A DNA stretch of 64,000 bases from positions 315,766,001-315,830,000 of the forward strand of contig OZ024740.1 in assembly GCA_964016885.1 (NCBI GenBank), in the 5' to 3' direction. Below are positions 26,149 to 39,718 of the stretch, in pieces (within the stretch, counting starts at the first letter, position 1; each line of letters starts with the position of its first letter). Below the pieces are notes generated by a model that saw nothing but the letters and a program-made list of their open reading frames with translations, was not told where the DNA came from and did no database searches. The position numbers and the translations under genes were made by a program. This stretch comes from Eledone cirrhosa (Eukaryota).

Positions 26149-27579
26149 TTGACTATTACATTTCTATTATATTAAAATTATTATTACATGAAATTAATGT
26201 GCAAGTAAGAAAGCAGTATTTCACAAACACGTGTAGTATTACTGTAAGTCTAAGAGAGATTCCTGCATGACACAGTGTGGACTTTTTAATTAAAGATACT
26301 GTCCATGAAATGGCCTTCTAGATAGTTTCTGTCTACAAATTTCACTAACAAGGATTGGGAGTGGACCTGAGGCAATGGTAAATATTATATAATTAAATGC
26401 TGAAGTGAGGAAGAGGGTGAAAAGAGTGAGCTACAAGGAGAGAGAACGAGAGAGAGAGAAAAAAAGAAAGTGGTGGGAAGAGAAAGTGGAGAGAGAGGGA
26501 AAGTGTGGGAGAGAGAGAGGGGGGGGTGTAAGAAAGAGAGAGAGATAAGGGAAAAGTGTGGGGGGGGAGAAAGTGGAGGCGAGGAAGTAAGACAGAAACC
26601 GTACATATCGAAAGTGAAAGCTTTTATTTCTTGGAATTTCAGATATTTGGAGAGGTTACCCTCCTCGGCCCGTGGTGCAACCGAGCCTGGGTTAGTCGCA
26701 GCTGGAGAATGAGCGGCGAAATTTGGTAAACAACAACTGTTTAAAACTGTACATAAACCCATCGCGCGCGCGTGTGTGTGGTGTCGGTGTGTGTCGGTGT
26801 TTTAAATAACATCAAGTAATTTAGCAAGCAGTTCGACAAAAAAATACTAGCTCTGAAAAATAAGTACTGGTGTCGAATACGTTCGACTAAAATGTTCAAT
26901 GCGGTTCTTTGAGCTCATTAAATTATAGGGGATGATTGTGAGTCTTTAATTCCACTTTTTAATTCGGCCAAGCTGGTCGGAATTTTTTCTCTCTCTCGTC
27001 TACGATTTCACAGAACTTATGTTTACCGAATTCGCAGACCAGACCCCTTCTTCCTCCCGTTAGACCTGTGCGAAATTCCTTCCTTGCTCACATTTCAACC
27101 AGGTTTGATGGTCTTTATTCTCTCGTCCACGATTTCACCGAACTTAAATTCATAGAAATCTGGGACTTGTCTCTTTCTTCCTCACTTTCTGTTGCTTCAC
27201 CATTTTGTTTGTTTACCCTCGCGTCCCCTTTATTTACGTGTCCCAACGACTTTTTTTAGCCGTTGCTCGCACCAACCGGAGGTATATGGTCTTTAAAGCG
27301 ATGAAATACCTATGATGGTTGGAAGATCACTGATGAAGGACAAACTTTTTTCATATGTAACCCATTTGCAACTCCGCAGCGCCCTTATTATATATATATA
27401 TATATAAGGGGTAAAGACCCATTTGGTCATGAATGACCATGGGATTTGCACATAGAAAGTTCTCCTCTGAGGCACAAATCCGGGAAAGGTTGTTTGTGTA
27501 AAACAAGCAGTGGCCCATGTTGTAGTGCACCTGATCATTGTACACAATTTCATAATTATTATACCAGTCTCCCCTCTCC

Positions 27580-27742
27580 ACGCCACCGCTGTTGTCGAAG
27601 AGAAAGACAAAAGCCGATACAGCTTGGCACCAGTGACGTCGCAACTCATTTCTACAGCTGAGTGAGCTGTAGCAACACGAAATAAAGTGTCTTGCTCAAG
27701 GACACAACGCAATGCCTTGTCTGAGAATCGAACTCACAACAT
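27580..27742 (-). mobile_element. tRNA-derived SINE fragment
   Basis: The minus strand has gagttcgattctcagac..gtccttgagcaagacactttatttc, the same head as the 55175 SINE. A weaker copy lies at 43180-43300. Confidence 0.7.
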
Positions 27743-27766
27743 CATATATATATATATATATATATA

Positions 27767-28204
27767 GGCATACATGACATTTAGCGGTCGCAATAATGAA
27801 AGTAAATTTATTTTCATTTTCGAACGTCGTGTTTACATTTTGTGTGTGTGTTTAAACGAAACATACTGGCGACGAAGCTTCTTCTTTGCACGGCTCCATG
27901 TGTTCTCTATGAGCTGTGTGTGCACATCAAGGTCCGCAGGATCTACAAAGATCCGTTCGTGCACCACAACATCATGAACGTAAATCCCACCTTCAATTTC
28001 CTCAATTTCCGAATAGGAAGCCCAACCATCGGAGATGATGCGGCTGCCTGGCAAAATCCCTGCTGAATGATAGGGACGAGAGTGTCACAGCTTCGATTTG
28101 GGACTTCTACAAGGCAGCAGCGTCCAGAATGGCGAACTCACCATTCTGCAAGTCTCATTACAAGATTACTTCGGTATTGAGTACTCTTCTCTCAACCGTA
28201 AACT

Positions 28205-28285
<81 letters not shown>

Positions 28286-28430
28286 CAGTTAAAACGACAG
28301 AGGCTCTGATTTTGTCTTTAATCTCAATAACTAATTTAGATCTAAACACACACACAAAATGTAAACACGACGTTCGAAAATGAAAATAAATTTACTTTCA
28401 TTTTTCAGACCGTTAAAAGTCATGTATGCC
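27767..28430 (-). mobile_element. Internally deleted Merlin (IS1595/ISXO2-like) DNA transposon
   Basis: About 88-bp terminal inverted repeats (GGCATACATGAC...GTCATGTATGCC) flanked by TATATATA. The transposase remnant PGSRIISDGWASY..VVHE..FVDP..VHTQLIENTWSRAK lies at 27833-28054. Confidence 0.88.
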
Positions 28431-30061
28431 TATATATATATATATATAAATTGAAGGATAAGTCATGTATGCCTATATATATATATATATAAATTGAAGG
28501 ATAAGTGTTTCAAACTTTGTTTTATCATGAGTTAAAGGTCTATAGATTTTTCCATGGATTTTACTAAATTCTGTGGATGAATTTGTATCCTGATTCTCTT
28601 TTGAGATGAGTTTGAGTTATTTTTCCTAAATCTTTCGTTAACTACTTTTCCCATCTTGACGTTATAGTCGCATATATGTTATAGAATGCCGTTAGCTTCT
28701 TGCTAAAACAATCTCTATACGTCTCATCTATATTTATACTCGGATTCTTTTCCTAGAGTGCTTAAACTATCTGTGACTAATCCCGGTTTTTTTCATAAAA
28801 ACTGTGATAATTATTGCTATTTTGCTGAACTCCTTGTAGAGTTTTTTTCAGAATGTATTTGACTGCTATTTCTTGTAAATAAACATTCACTTCCATCCTG
28901 ACGTCACTAGCCCCGTTTTTTCCTCATGTGCTTTTTCATAAATACACATGAAGGCGAACTAGCCAGTTTTAGAATTCCCTTTTTCGGACTATATTACTGT
29001 GAGAGCCCTGGTTTTCTGTTGAGCTCTGCTGATGAATGATATTCCAACCGTGACCATCTCCACTGAAAGTTTTCATGAAATAGTCTTTTAAGACTATACA
29101 GAGCATTTGATGTTATTCCAAATTGAAGGATAAGTGTTTCAAACTTTGTTTTATCATGAGTTAAAGGTCTATAGATTTTTCCATGGATTTTACTAAATTC
29201 TGTGGATGAATTTGTATCCTGATTCTCTTTTGAGATGAGTTTGAGTTATTTTTCCTAAATCTTTCGTTAACTACTTTTCCCATCTTGACGTTATAGTCGC
29301 ATATATGTTATAGAATGCCGTTAGCTTCTTGCTAAAACAATCTCTATACGTCTCATCTATATATATATATATATATATATGTAAAAGGTAAACAGAAATA
29401 ACAACATAATCGGTACAGTATAAGGAAGGTAAATATTAGGTTAACGCTTGATATAGCAGGAAAAGAGTCTTATCGTTTCGGACGCTAGTCCTTCACCAGA
29501 AGAAAGAATGAGAAATAAAATAGATTAAGGGGGCGGGCGGGGTGGAATTGGAAAAAATGTCTTTAGATAAAAATAATAGGTCCATTCATGTGGACATCTC
29601 TTGCAAAACACGGTAAATTTTATAATGAAATGCTGAAGTCAGGGAGGGGATGAAAAGGGTAAGCGCCAACGTAGAGAGAGAAAGAAAAAGTAAAAGACAA
29701 AGAGGGAGGGAGGGGAAGTGAGAGAGAAGGGAAGGTGTGAGGGGGAACTAAAGGGGGAAACCATACATATCGAAAGTGAAAGTCTTTTATTTCTTAGAAT
29801 TTCAAATTTCAGTGTGTAAGAAAATGAAAGTAAACTTTCTCTTTTGCTCTAGATTATATCTCACTTTCCCTCCTCATACTCGATCTCCCCTTTAAAACGT
29901 CTACTTTCAAATGTTTTATCACACACACATTATATATACGTTCTGGAAAGGAGCCGTCCAACTCGATCAAGCATGGAGAAGCGAGCATAGAATAATTATA
30001 TATATATATATTATAAAGAGTCGGGGCCAGAGGGGTGAGCTCTTGCTGCTTCAACAGCTAG

Positions 30062-30105
<44 letters not shown>

Positions 30106-31104
30106 GGTCCAGTCCCACTAAATGGCGCCTCGGGTTGACTCTTGTGAGTGAAATTTGGTAAACAAAAACCCGTCGTTATGTCAGTGTTTTTGCTTACATC
30201 CAGTAACTTAGCTGTCCGACGATTCGAGAAAAAAGTACTAGCTCTGAACACGTTCGGCTAAAATGTTCAATGCGGTGCCCCTAATGACAGAAACCAATAA
30301 ATAAATATATAGTCGCCTCAAATTCTATTTCCTCTCTTGGTCTGTTCATTCTAGTGACTATATCGTATACAACACATGTACTTTATATATATATATCTAT
30401 AAATGTACATGTGTTCTATATATATATATATATATATTCCTGATGATTTCTCCCTAATGAAACAGTTCTATCCCGTAGAAGCTTTTCTATATTAGAGAGA
30501 GAGAGAACACTCATTCCAATATCTTTATCAATCAAAGTAGGCAATCTGGAATATATATTTGTATGGTATGTCTATTCTTATATCTACCCTGTTTATATAC
30601 TACCAATAAAGATTTTAACTTATGTCTGATAGTATACAGTTCTCTAACTGCTATAGATCAGTCAATGAATCAATATGATCAACTCTCCGAAACGATCGTA
30701 AACAATGAAAGGAATATATAAAATAACTTGCCTTTGTTACTATTATCATTGTTATATGTATAACCAATATATTTATAACCAATTTACAAATCATGTATTT
30801 TTACCACTAATTGCTAAAATATTTGACCAGTTTGAATGGGGCCTACATTTCACATCTGAATATATATATATAATTAAATGAAGTATTTCTGTCGGAAAGG
30901 TACAGGAAAAAAGAGTGCTCTGTGTGGGCTACAGAGCTTATTAGTTCTATATACAGAGCTTATTAGAACTATATATATATAATTATATAAAGAAAGGGAG
31001 GGGGGAGTTGCAGAGTGGGTATAGATATATGTGAAATCGCGATCGCGGCGTCAAGCTGTTTTGGCTTGTCACACAAGCCAAAACAGCTTGACGTCGAGGT
31101 CGGG

Positions 31105-31146
<42 letters not shown>

Positions 31147-32035
31147 GCACAGAGACATACTCACACAGACATATATATAAAGAATCAATCTTTTTAAGTA
31201 AATTTGGATTTTGAAAGTATATTAGCTTATTGTAAAAATAATCGCACAAGTCGGGCATATAAATCCATAAAAACGGGGAAAAAATGAACAGTGTCGCTTG
31301 TGGGAATCGAACTCACATGTGTACCGGACGGCCACGTTATGTGTACTTGTATGTAAGTCTTGTGTGTGTTTGTGGTGAACGGAAATAAAAGTTACATTTT
31401 TGGCGGCGAAGAAAATATATGGCATTTCCTGGATTTATCATTATATAACAACTATCTAGACACGCACATGTTAAACAATTAGAATATAATACAATTAATT
31501 ATTCACATATGTATCTACACAAATAAATATATATTAATATATAATAGAAAATGAAACTATTTCGGACGTCATATTTTATATTCACAGTTGTATAAATAAC
31601 ATTACAAATTATTTATAATTCTTACAGAATAAAAATATAGACATAAATAATATATATAACTTAATGAATACTTCTTAATGAAAATATAAACATATAATAA
31701 ATACAATTAATTATTGCTGAGGAACCTTATAAATATAATGCATTAATTTCTTAGAAAGCTTATAGAATAGTTTTACATTCATTCACAAGTTTAAACTAAA
31801 CCAAATGTTTACAGCAAAACAAGGATATAAAAAAAAAATCAATGAATAATGAAAAAAGTTTCTAGTTCTTGAATTTTCTTTTAAATAACATATATTATTA
31901 TGAGACATAACTACGGTCTGGTGCCTACCCGACTTTGTTTCCTTACTTAATGTATAATTTTTAATGAAATTTTGCAGCGATGCGTTTTTGAATGTTACGA
32001 TTTTGTAAATGAAATTAATATACACATACATATCG

Positions 32036-32080
<45 letters not shown>

Positions 32081-32428
32081 TATATATATATATATGCGTG
32101 TGCATATATATAATTGTTTCTACTTTTGGCACAAGGCCAGCAATTATCCAATGTATTACTGGTACTTTATTTTATCGACCCCGTAAAGATAAAAGGCAAA
32201 GTTAACCTCGGCATATATATAATAATGGAACGAATCTTATCGACACAGCTTCAATTTAATTAAGTCTGTATTATTAAAATTCAAACCCAACCGGTGTACA
32301 TTTAAACGTTAATCAGTGAAGACAACGACTTCGTGTGGGTAGGAAATGTGCGTTATCCGGACCGATGAACAAATTTCTGCGATTCCGATCTGCCGGCGGT
32401 GGTCCGAATAGAACCACCATGTGCAGAA

Positions 32429-32459
<31 letters not shown>

Positions 32460-32976
32460 GACACGTAAAAATTGAAAGTTTATGATTCTTGGTCATAAAG
32501 GAAAATACTTTCATTATTGAATAATCTATTTCTTAATGCTTTCGGTCTTTTATAATAGTCTAAACGTAAACTCGAAAATCTTTTCAAGTATTCCAATATT
32601 ATGTTGATAATAAATAATTGTTTCTATTTTTGGCACAAGGCCAGCAAATACCAGTACATTACTGGTATTTTATTTTATCGACCCCGTAAGTATGAAAGGC
32701 AAAGTTAACCTCAGCGGGATAATAATATCAGTATCATAGATGTCCCATAAGAACTTTATGGTAATTCTACAACTACGAATTGCGAAAACAAATATATAAC
32801 TTAATTTCTTTAACACATGTAATGTACATCACCGAAGATTTCATTAACAAATATGCAATATTACAAAAGTTACGAGGAGACAAAGTCGAGTTATGTCCAT
32901 TATAACAACAGAAGAAGAAAATGAAAACGAACAGGAATAAAAAAAATAAATAAATAAATAAAAAGCAAGAACATAC

Positions 32977-33027
32977 CATTTTGGTTCGATCACTCAAATT
33001 AACGTCATCCTCGATGTTTTGGGCCAT
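32977..33027 (-). CDS. Probable first coding exon of a host gene (MAQNIEDDVNLSDRTKM), phase-0 donor; product unknown
   Basis: gtcATGG start context, 17 codons ending ATG|GTATGT, followed by T-rich intron-like sequence. It lies in a relatively CpG-retaining, TE-poor block at about 32.8-34.0 kb. Confidence 0.5.
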
Positions 33028-34109
33028 GACAGAAATGTTGTGACAGTGCTGCGACTGGCTGATTTCTTCTTTTTTTTAAACAGCCTTTGTTATTTTATTT
33101 TCGTTATTTAATAAGATTATTTCTTATCGTTTTTGTCGTAGTTAATGTTTTATTATCCAAACATAGTTTTATACCTATAAAAACATTGAAGACCAGTTGA
33201 AGAAAGAGTTTAAGAGAGCAGGTGTCTGTTATGAACTTTAGGCCCGAGTAAAGTTACCAGAATTTGGTGGTGGTAGGGAGAGAAACATCAGTCGAAGAAT
33301 GAAAAGAGTGCGGCAGATACAGGAAAGGATGGGTGTGATACGTATGTGCGACTTCGCAGAGGAGTGGCTTTATTTGGAAATACTAGTCGCTTATTAGTGA
33401 CTGTACTTACAACAACAACAACTACTGCTGCTGTTGTTACTACTACTACAACTACTGTTGGAAGTGCACGTATTATGTTCAGCTCTTCGTGCTTCTTTCA
33501 CCTTAAGATTAAAAAACAAATAAGAAAAATATTTTGTTTCTCGCCCGCGAGTCACGCTTTACATGTGTTGTTCAATATCATTTCACCCAGTATTTTATTA
33601 TTATCTATACTTGTTGAATGTTGCGGAACTGGCCAGTGTTAAGGGTGGGTCAATATCTTCCTTGTTCTTTAATTTTGAAAAGAATACCTAGTGACAGGGT
33701 TAATGATTTTGAGGGAGTTGTAGAATTACTAAAGGAAAACCTCTCTCTCGCTGATCGATTAAATCGAAGTAGAAAAGAAGTGACAGTCGTGAAAGATGAT
33801 CTCGTGCGCGTAACTACCATTGTCGTCGTTACCAGCAACAAAAGCAGCAGTTATGCAAGGAAAAGCCTTATGTTGTACCAACTGAACTATACATACGAAC
33901 AGTTAACCACCAAACACCGCTCAATGTTGACAGAAATACAAAACGTAAAACAGTGTTATCGTTGACAATAGGTCTCTTAATGAAGAAAAAGGAAAATATC
34001 TCGCTTCATTCACTGGATTCATTTCGCATACTCCGTTCATACAATCAATCACACACACACATATATGTGTGTGTGTATATATATATGTGGTAGGTTGTGA
34101 CTAACGCAT

Positions 34110-34148
<39 letters not shown>

Positions 34149-34439
34149 CCGGTGCCTGGGTATTTAGTACCCAAGGCTAGCTCTACAATGCGTGTCTCAT
34201 TCTTAAAAATAAAAAATATTCTAACTTACAGTTTGCTAAGCTGATGAACCTAGTTTTTGACACTTCTTGCTCTCACCGGGCTGAAAAAAAAATTATGCCT
34301 GCATTTTACAGTACACAGTCCACATCCATCCATTCAAATACGACCTTCTGAATCACTTTGGATATTTCCACAACGCTGCTATCTATCTATTTATTTATTT
34401 AATTGTCACGGGAAATTATTATATATTTTATTTAATTAT

Positions 34440-35415
34440 ACAAATTGTGGAAGGTTCTCAGATGGATAGTTAGCTTCTTGTCCTGATGTCTCTATACGAA
34501 TGCTCAAGTATTTATGTTCGGATAAATGTAGGTGTCAGACTCCAACAAGGATATGTACAGTCACCTCTTATGTTCACGACTGGCAGGTGTAGGATCAGTC
34601 GGGTGGCATTTGCAGATGACATGCTATTACCTAACTTGTCAGAAGGTAATCTTCGACATGCACTTCATAGGTTTGATGCCAAGAGCTGCATGACTGGAAT
34701 GGAAATCAGTGCTACAAAAACTGAGACACTCGTCCTCTCAAGGAAGCCTACTCACTGCACTCTACATATGAATGGAATTTCACTGAAGCAGATGAAGAAG
34801 TTGAAGTATCTCGGGACTGTGTTCATGAGTGATGGAAGGCAGGAGGCTGAATTAAGTGCAAAAATTGCAGGAGTTGGTGCAGTAATGTGCTGGTTTCAAC
34901 ATTCGGTAATCAGAAGCCAAACTCACTATCTTCAATTTGGTATTCATGCCAACCCTTACCTATGGTCATGAATCTTGGGCAATAACTGAAAGAATATGAT
35001 CACAAATACAAGCGACCAAAATAGAGTTCCTCTGAAGGTTCTTTGGAGTAATGTTACTTGACAGAGAGCATCGTTTGGAAATTAGAGAGTCGCTCCAGGT
35101 AGAGCCACTACTCCTCTGAATTGAGAAATCACAGCTTTGATATTATGGACATGTAGTTTAGAATGTCTCAGGAAAGAATCGCTGGACAGATTTTACGGGC
35201 AAAACCAACTTGCTTTAGACCCAAAGGTAAACCCTAAGCAAGATGGTTGGATAACAATTATTAACTCTGCTGGTCTCACTTGGGGATCCAGCTGAATCAA
35301 TTGGAGATGGTTGCTTCTGACAGGAACCCCTAGAAGGAGTGTTTGAGGACTCTACCCCCCCCCCCCCTAAAAAAAAGAACCCCTCTCAGGAATAAGTGGG
35401 TGAGGAAGAAGAAGA
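34440..35415 (+). mobile_element. Degenerate RTE-like LINE of a second family, without the PHD insert
   Basis: QQGYVQSPLMF, AFADD, GMEISATKT, KYLG, and a GAA-repeat tail at about 35405. A shorter 3' copy lies at 25850-26148. Confidence 0.8.
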
Positions 35416-35560
35416 TTTGTATTAAACTGCTACTTTAAAGTTCAATAATGTGGTCTGCTCCCTAGACAGCTGTCTAGCTGGCCTAATGGTAGCATCTGCT
35501 CTGTATACTCATATATATATACACACACATGAATTAACAAGGGAACCTTAACTTGATATA

Positions 35561-36654
35561 CAGGGTTGCTTAGTTCTTTGGGAATATTTGCATTAATTTA
35601 GTAAAATATACATAAGTCATGAAAGAAGAGCTTTGTTTGAGAAAAAAATTGACATGAATAATCTTGAGACTTTTCTTAATGCATCTACTCAATAAATCTG
35701 CCATTAGTGTCAATGACTGCTTTAATATAAGGTCTGAAACGTTGACATGCCTGAATCAGATGATCTTTATCCATTTCAGACATTGTACTAGTTATGGGGG
35801 ATTTCAAAGGTTTTATAGTGTTATGGGGGCATTGATTGACTTCTCTCTTGATTACATCCTGTACATAATTGGACAACAGATTCAGGTCTGGAGAGCTAGG
35901 AAACCATATGCACCCATTTTGGGACTTCTTGATAGGTGTACAGTCTTTTTTTGCTCATGTTCTCTATCAAAGACCTCCCAAACCTCTCCAAATCCCCCTT
36001 ATAGTCAGCAGCAATGATCCTTAAGCCCTGAGGAATGAAGTAAGGAGGCATGACACCATCCACGTTGCTCACAACTCCCAGAACCAGCACATCTGTCATT
36101 CCTTCGATTGACCTTTTGTTCTTGATCAAAGTTTTTCTCATCAGAGAAAAACTAAAGCATTCCAGGCTCTTGATGTTTCAACTTGCTCAACAAAGACATT
36201 GTGTATATCAGACAGTTATCTTTTGTCTTTGCAGACACGAATTAGCCTCTATACATTACATATCACTTGTATTGGAGGTCCTCATGCACAATTCTTTCAA
36301 TAGTGTGTTTTGAAACCGCAAGCTCCTTAGTAATAGCATTAATTGACTTTCTGGGGTTCTTATCAATAATTTTTTACATTTTTTGTATAAATTTGGTTCT
36401 TCTGATGGTATTAGAACCTTTAGGAGACATTTTACATTTGGCTACTGCTATAGAATTCCTGTTAGTGGCTTCTTGCTCTTTGCAAACTTTGACAACAAAC
36501 GATTATGCAACTTTCAGGAAGCAAGCAATAACTAAATCACTATGTTCTCCCTTTAAAGAAACGATTACAGCATGCTTTTTCATTTGCTGAATTAACTAGA
36601 TGTCTGCCATCATTTATCTAAGAAAAAAATGATAATCTGAACTGAGCAACCCTG
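35561..36654 (-). mobile_element. Degenerate Tc1/mariner-superfamily transposon (maT/DD37D-like)
   Basis: 16-bp TIR CAGGGTTGCTtAGTTC / GAACTGAGCAACCCTG, preceded by TA. Transposase fragments VLVLGVVSNVDGVMPPYFIPQGLRI and LIQACQRFRPYIKAVIDTNGRFIE. Confidence 0.8.
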
Positions 36655-38605
36655 AATTAATGAATCTGAAACATCTTTAGGATCTCTGCATAACCATCTG
36701 TCATCCCTTTGGTTGACATTTTGGTCTTCATCAAAGTTTTTCTCATCAGAGAAAAATCAAAGCATTCCAGACTCTATTGACAATAACATCCTAAAACAGA
36801 TACCTTCTAGCCTGACCGCAACCTTGTTCTTTCAGCACACAAAAATTAAAATACACAGCAAACCCTCCAATTTTACATATCAAAGTCACCTTGGCGCAAG
36901 TAATTGGAATTGGAAAGTTATATATACCGGTATTAAATTCAAAAATTCTAATCATCCTAAAACTAAAAAGACCAGCTGAGAGTACAAATAAATTGCTATG
37001 GTTGTCGCTGGTGAAACCGCCCCCCCCCCCCCAACTGCAGGGGGCCAGGGGCAATTGCCCCCCATTAAATTCGACCCTGTATGTAGTGATGTAGTAAGTT
37101 GAAGATGTAGTGTGAGAGAAGGATGGGTTTAATACTATTGTTCATTGGCATGGTGGATGTAGTAATGTTGTTGGCTTGATGGGTGATTCCATGAATTGCT
37201 CTCTCCCATATAATGCTGTGGGAAATTTGTGACTTCTGCAAATGAGAGTGTGTGTGTCCTCCAGTGTGTCAAGATGCCTGGCTGTACTCGTTGCCATAGT
37301 CAGTAATGAAAGTTGAAGGTTGAAAATAAATCTACCATTAACAATATCCAATCAATAGTAACAAACATTGCTATTTTCAAATCCTGCCGAGGTTTACTTT
37401 GCCTTTCATCCTTACGGGGTCGATAAAATAAAGTACCAGTAATGCACTGGATAATTGCTGGCCTTGTGCCAAAAGTAGAAACAATTATTAAGAAAATAGG
37501 CAGGTATTAAGTAATTTGAAGGTGCATTGGAGGTGGATTGGCAGTATCGGTAGAAGGTTGGACGCCATGCTTTGCAGCATAGAGTTACGTCCCTTTGATG
37601 TCTGAGTTCAAATCCTGCCGAGGTTAACTTTGCCTTTCATCCTTACGGGGTCGATAAAATAAAGTACCAGGATAATTGCTGGCCTTGTGCCAAAGTAGAA
37701 ACAATTATTAAAAAAATAACTTATGTTGAAGCTATTGTTGGTAAAACAGGAAAACAACAAAGAGGCAAGTGAACTGTGTGTTATATTTGTGCGGTTGGTT
37801 TGTGTGAATGCAGTAGCAGTCTGTCAAGATGCATTGAACTAACCTTTATCGAAGCAGCCAGCCTGTTGATAGTGCTGGAGTGTTTGGCTAAGCGCTACAT
37901 CTCTCTACTGCTTGAGCAATTCGGAGTGATGTCCTTCTCTTCCGAGAAACTAGAGTGGAATGGCTTTAAGAAAATCCTATCTCATTTAAGTTGGCAGTTT
38001 CTCCAGACTACAGGTGCCAACTCAAGATAAAGAAAAACAGCACCCCATGTCATTTAGAAGTCAGTATGTGTGGAGAGATTTTGCTACATATACAAGGGTG
38101 GGCTGAAAAGTCCATAAGCTGACTATGAAGGAGTGATGCTAGAGCTGTGAAATCTTGCATCCATTAATTTCAACTCTTTTTATTAATAACTGCATTGTTT
38201 CCTTCCAGGGACTATGTTGAAAAATCAACCTCATTTTGTCATTCCATGAGAGTATCTTGGTCAGCCTATGATGATTATGATGATGATATATATAGGGGGG
38301 GAGGGGGTAATGACAAAAACACTTCAAGCATTTTCAATTCCCCTTCCAATGAATGGAGTAACACAAGGACCTGTTTTCTCACCCACTCTCTTTAATATAT
38401 ACATACCTACCGTTCCACAAAGTATAAACAGAGCCTGATATGTAGATAGCATTATCCTTAACATAATTCATAATTGGAAAACCAAACATGATGAGAATGC
38501 AGGGACTACAAGGCAGGTATGGCATATACCTACTTCTCATTTCAATTGATCCTTCAATGTTTTGAAGTGAAAATGTGAGGAAATGTATGAGTGGTTATAT
38601 GCAAA

Positions 38606-38657
<52 letters not shown>

Positions 38658-38704
38658 GAGAGAGATATGTATATATATATATATACATTATAAATAGAAA
38701 AAAG

Positions 38705-38744
<40 letters not shown>

Positions 38745-38796
38745 TATAGATATATATATATACACACACATACATATATATGTATGTATATATATT

Positions 38797-38830
<34 letters not shown>

Positions 38831-38899
38831 GACAACTCCCGTCTAACCCATGCTAGCGTGGAAAATGGACGTTAAACGAAGATGATGATGATGATGATG

Positions 38900-38932
<33 letters not shown>

Positions 38933-39718
38933 TGATGATATATGAATGTTTTTATGTGTGTGTAATTGGGTGTTTCTATATTTGTTCTTCCTCCGCCCCC
39001 TCCTTCTGCTGATTTATGTCTGACCCACAATACTTTAACTTGCTATCATAACTTTATCTTGTGCATGTATGATTCTTTGATGTGGTGTATATTCCCAATC
39101 TCCTGCCCACCTCTGTCCATTCCGCAATACTTTAATCTATCACCAGCACTGTATATATGTGGTTGGTAATGTGTTCAGTCAGCTCACTACATTAATCTAT
39201 CACCAGAGCTATATGTGTGTGTGGTTCTTTGAGGTATTGTGTTAAGTCCTCTCACTACTTCAATCTGTTATCATAACTATTCAAATAATATATTTTATTT
39301 TTAATAAATCAATTCACAGTTGTATAAATAACATTTCAAATATTGATGGAAATATGAAAGAAAAAAAAAGAGGATAAAAACAAAACCAATCAACGAACAG
39401 AGAGGAGAAGGGGTTAAAGAAAGACAGATATAACTGTGTAGGAAAGTAGGAGAAAGGGATATAAATACTATAAATAAGAGGAAAAGGAGGAAAAAAGCAA
39501 GGACTGAGGCCACAGAAGAAAGGAGAGGGAGATAGGCTGGCCGTTTCCTCTTTGTACCAGTCGCCGTGGTATCCTTGGATCTTGTACTGCCAAGCTCTTC
39601 TGTAAAATCAGATGATCAACAGCCTGTCTGAGCAAGGAACCCTGAGAGGCTGTTGCAGTGAGTGTTGCTGTCCATTGTCCACAGAAATGCCATTTCAAAT
39701 AATTATACGGCATCAAAA

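Noticed and set aside
27833-28054. Bacterial IS1595 contamination or horizontal transfer
   Set aside because: The element is embedded in host microsatellites with an internal (TA)n, and eukaryotic Merlin elements explain the similarity.
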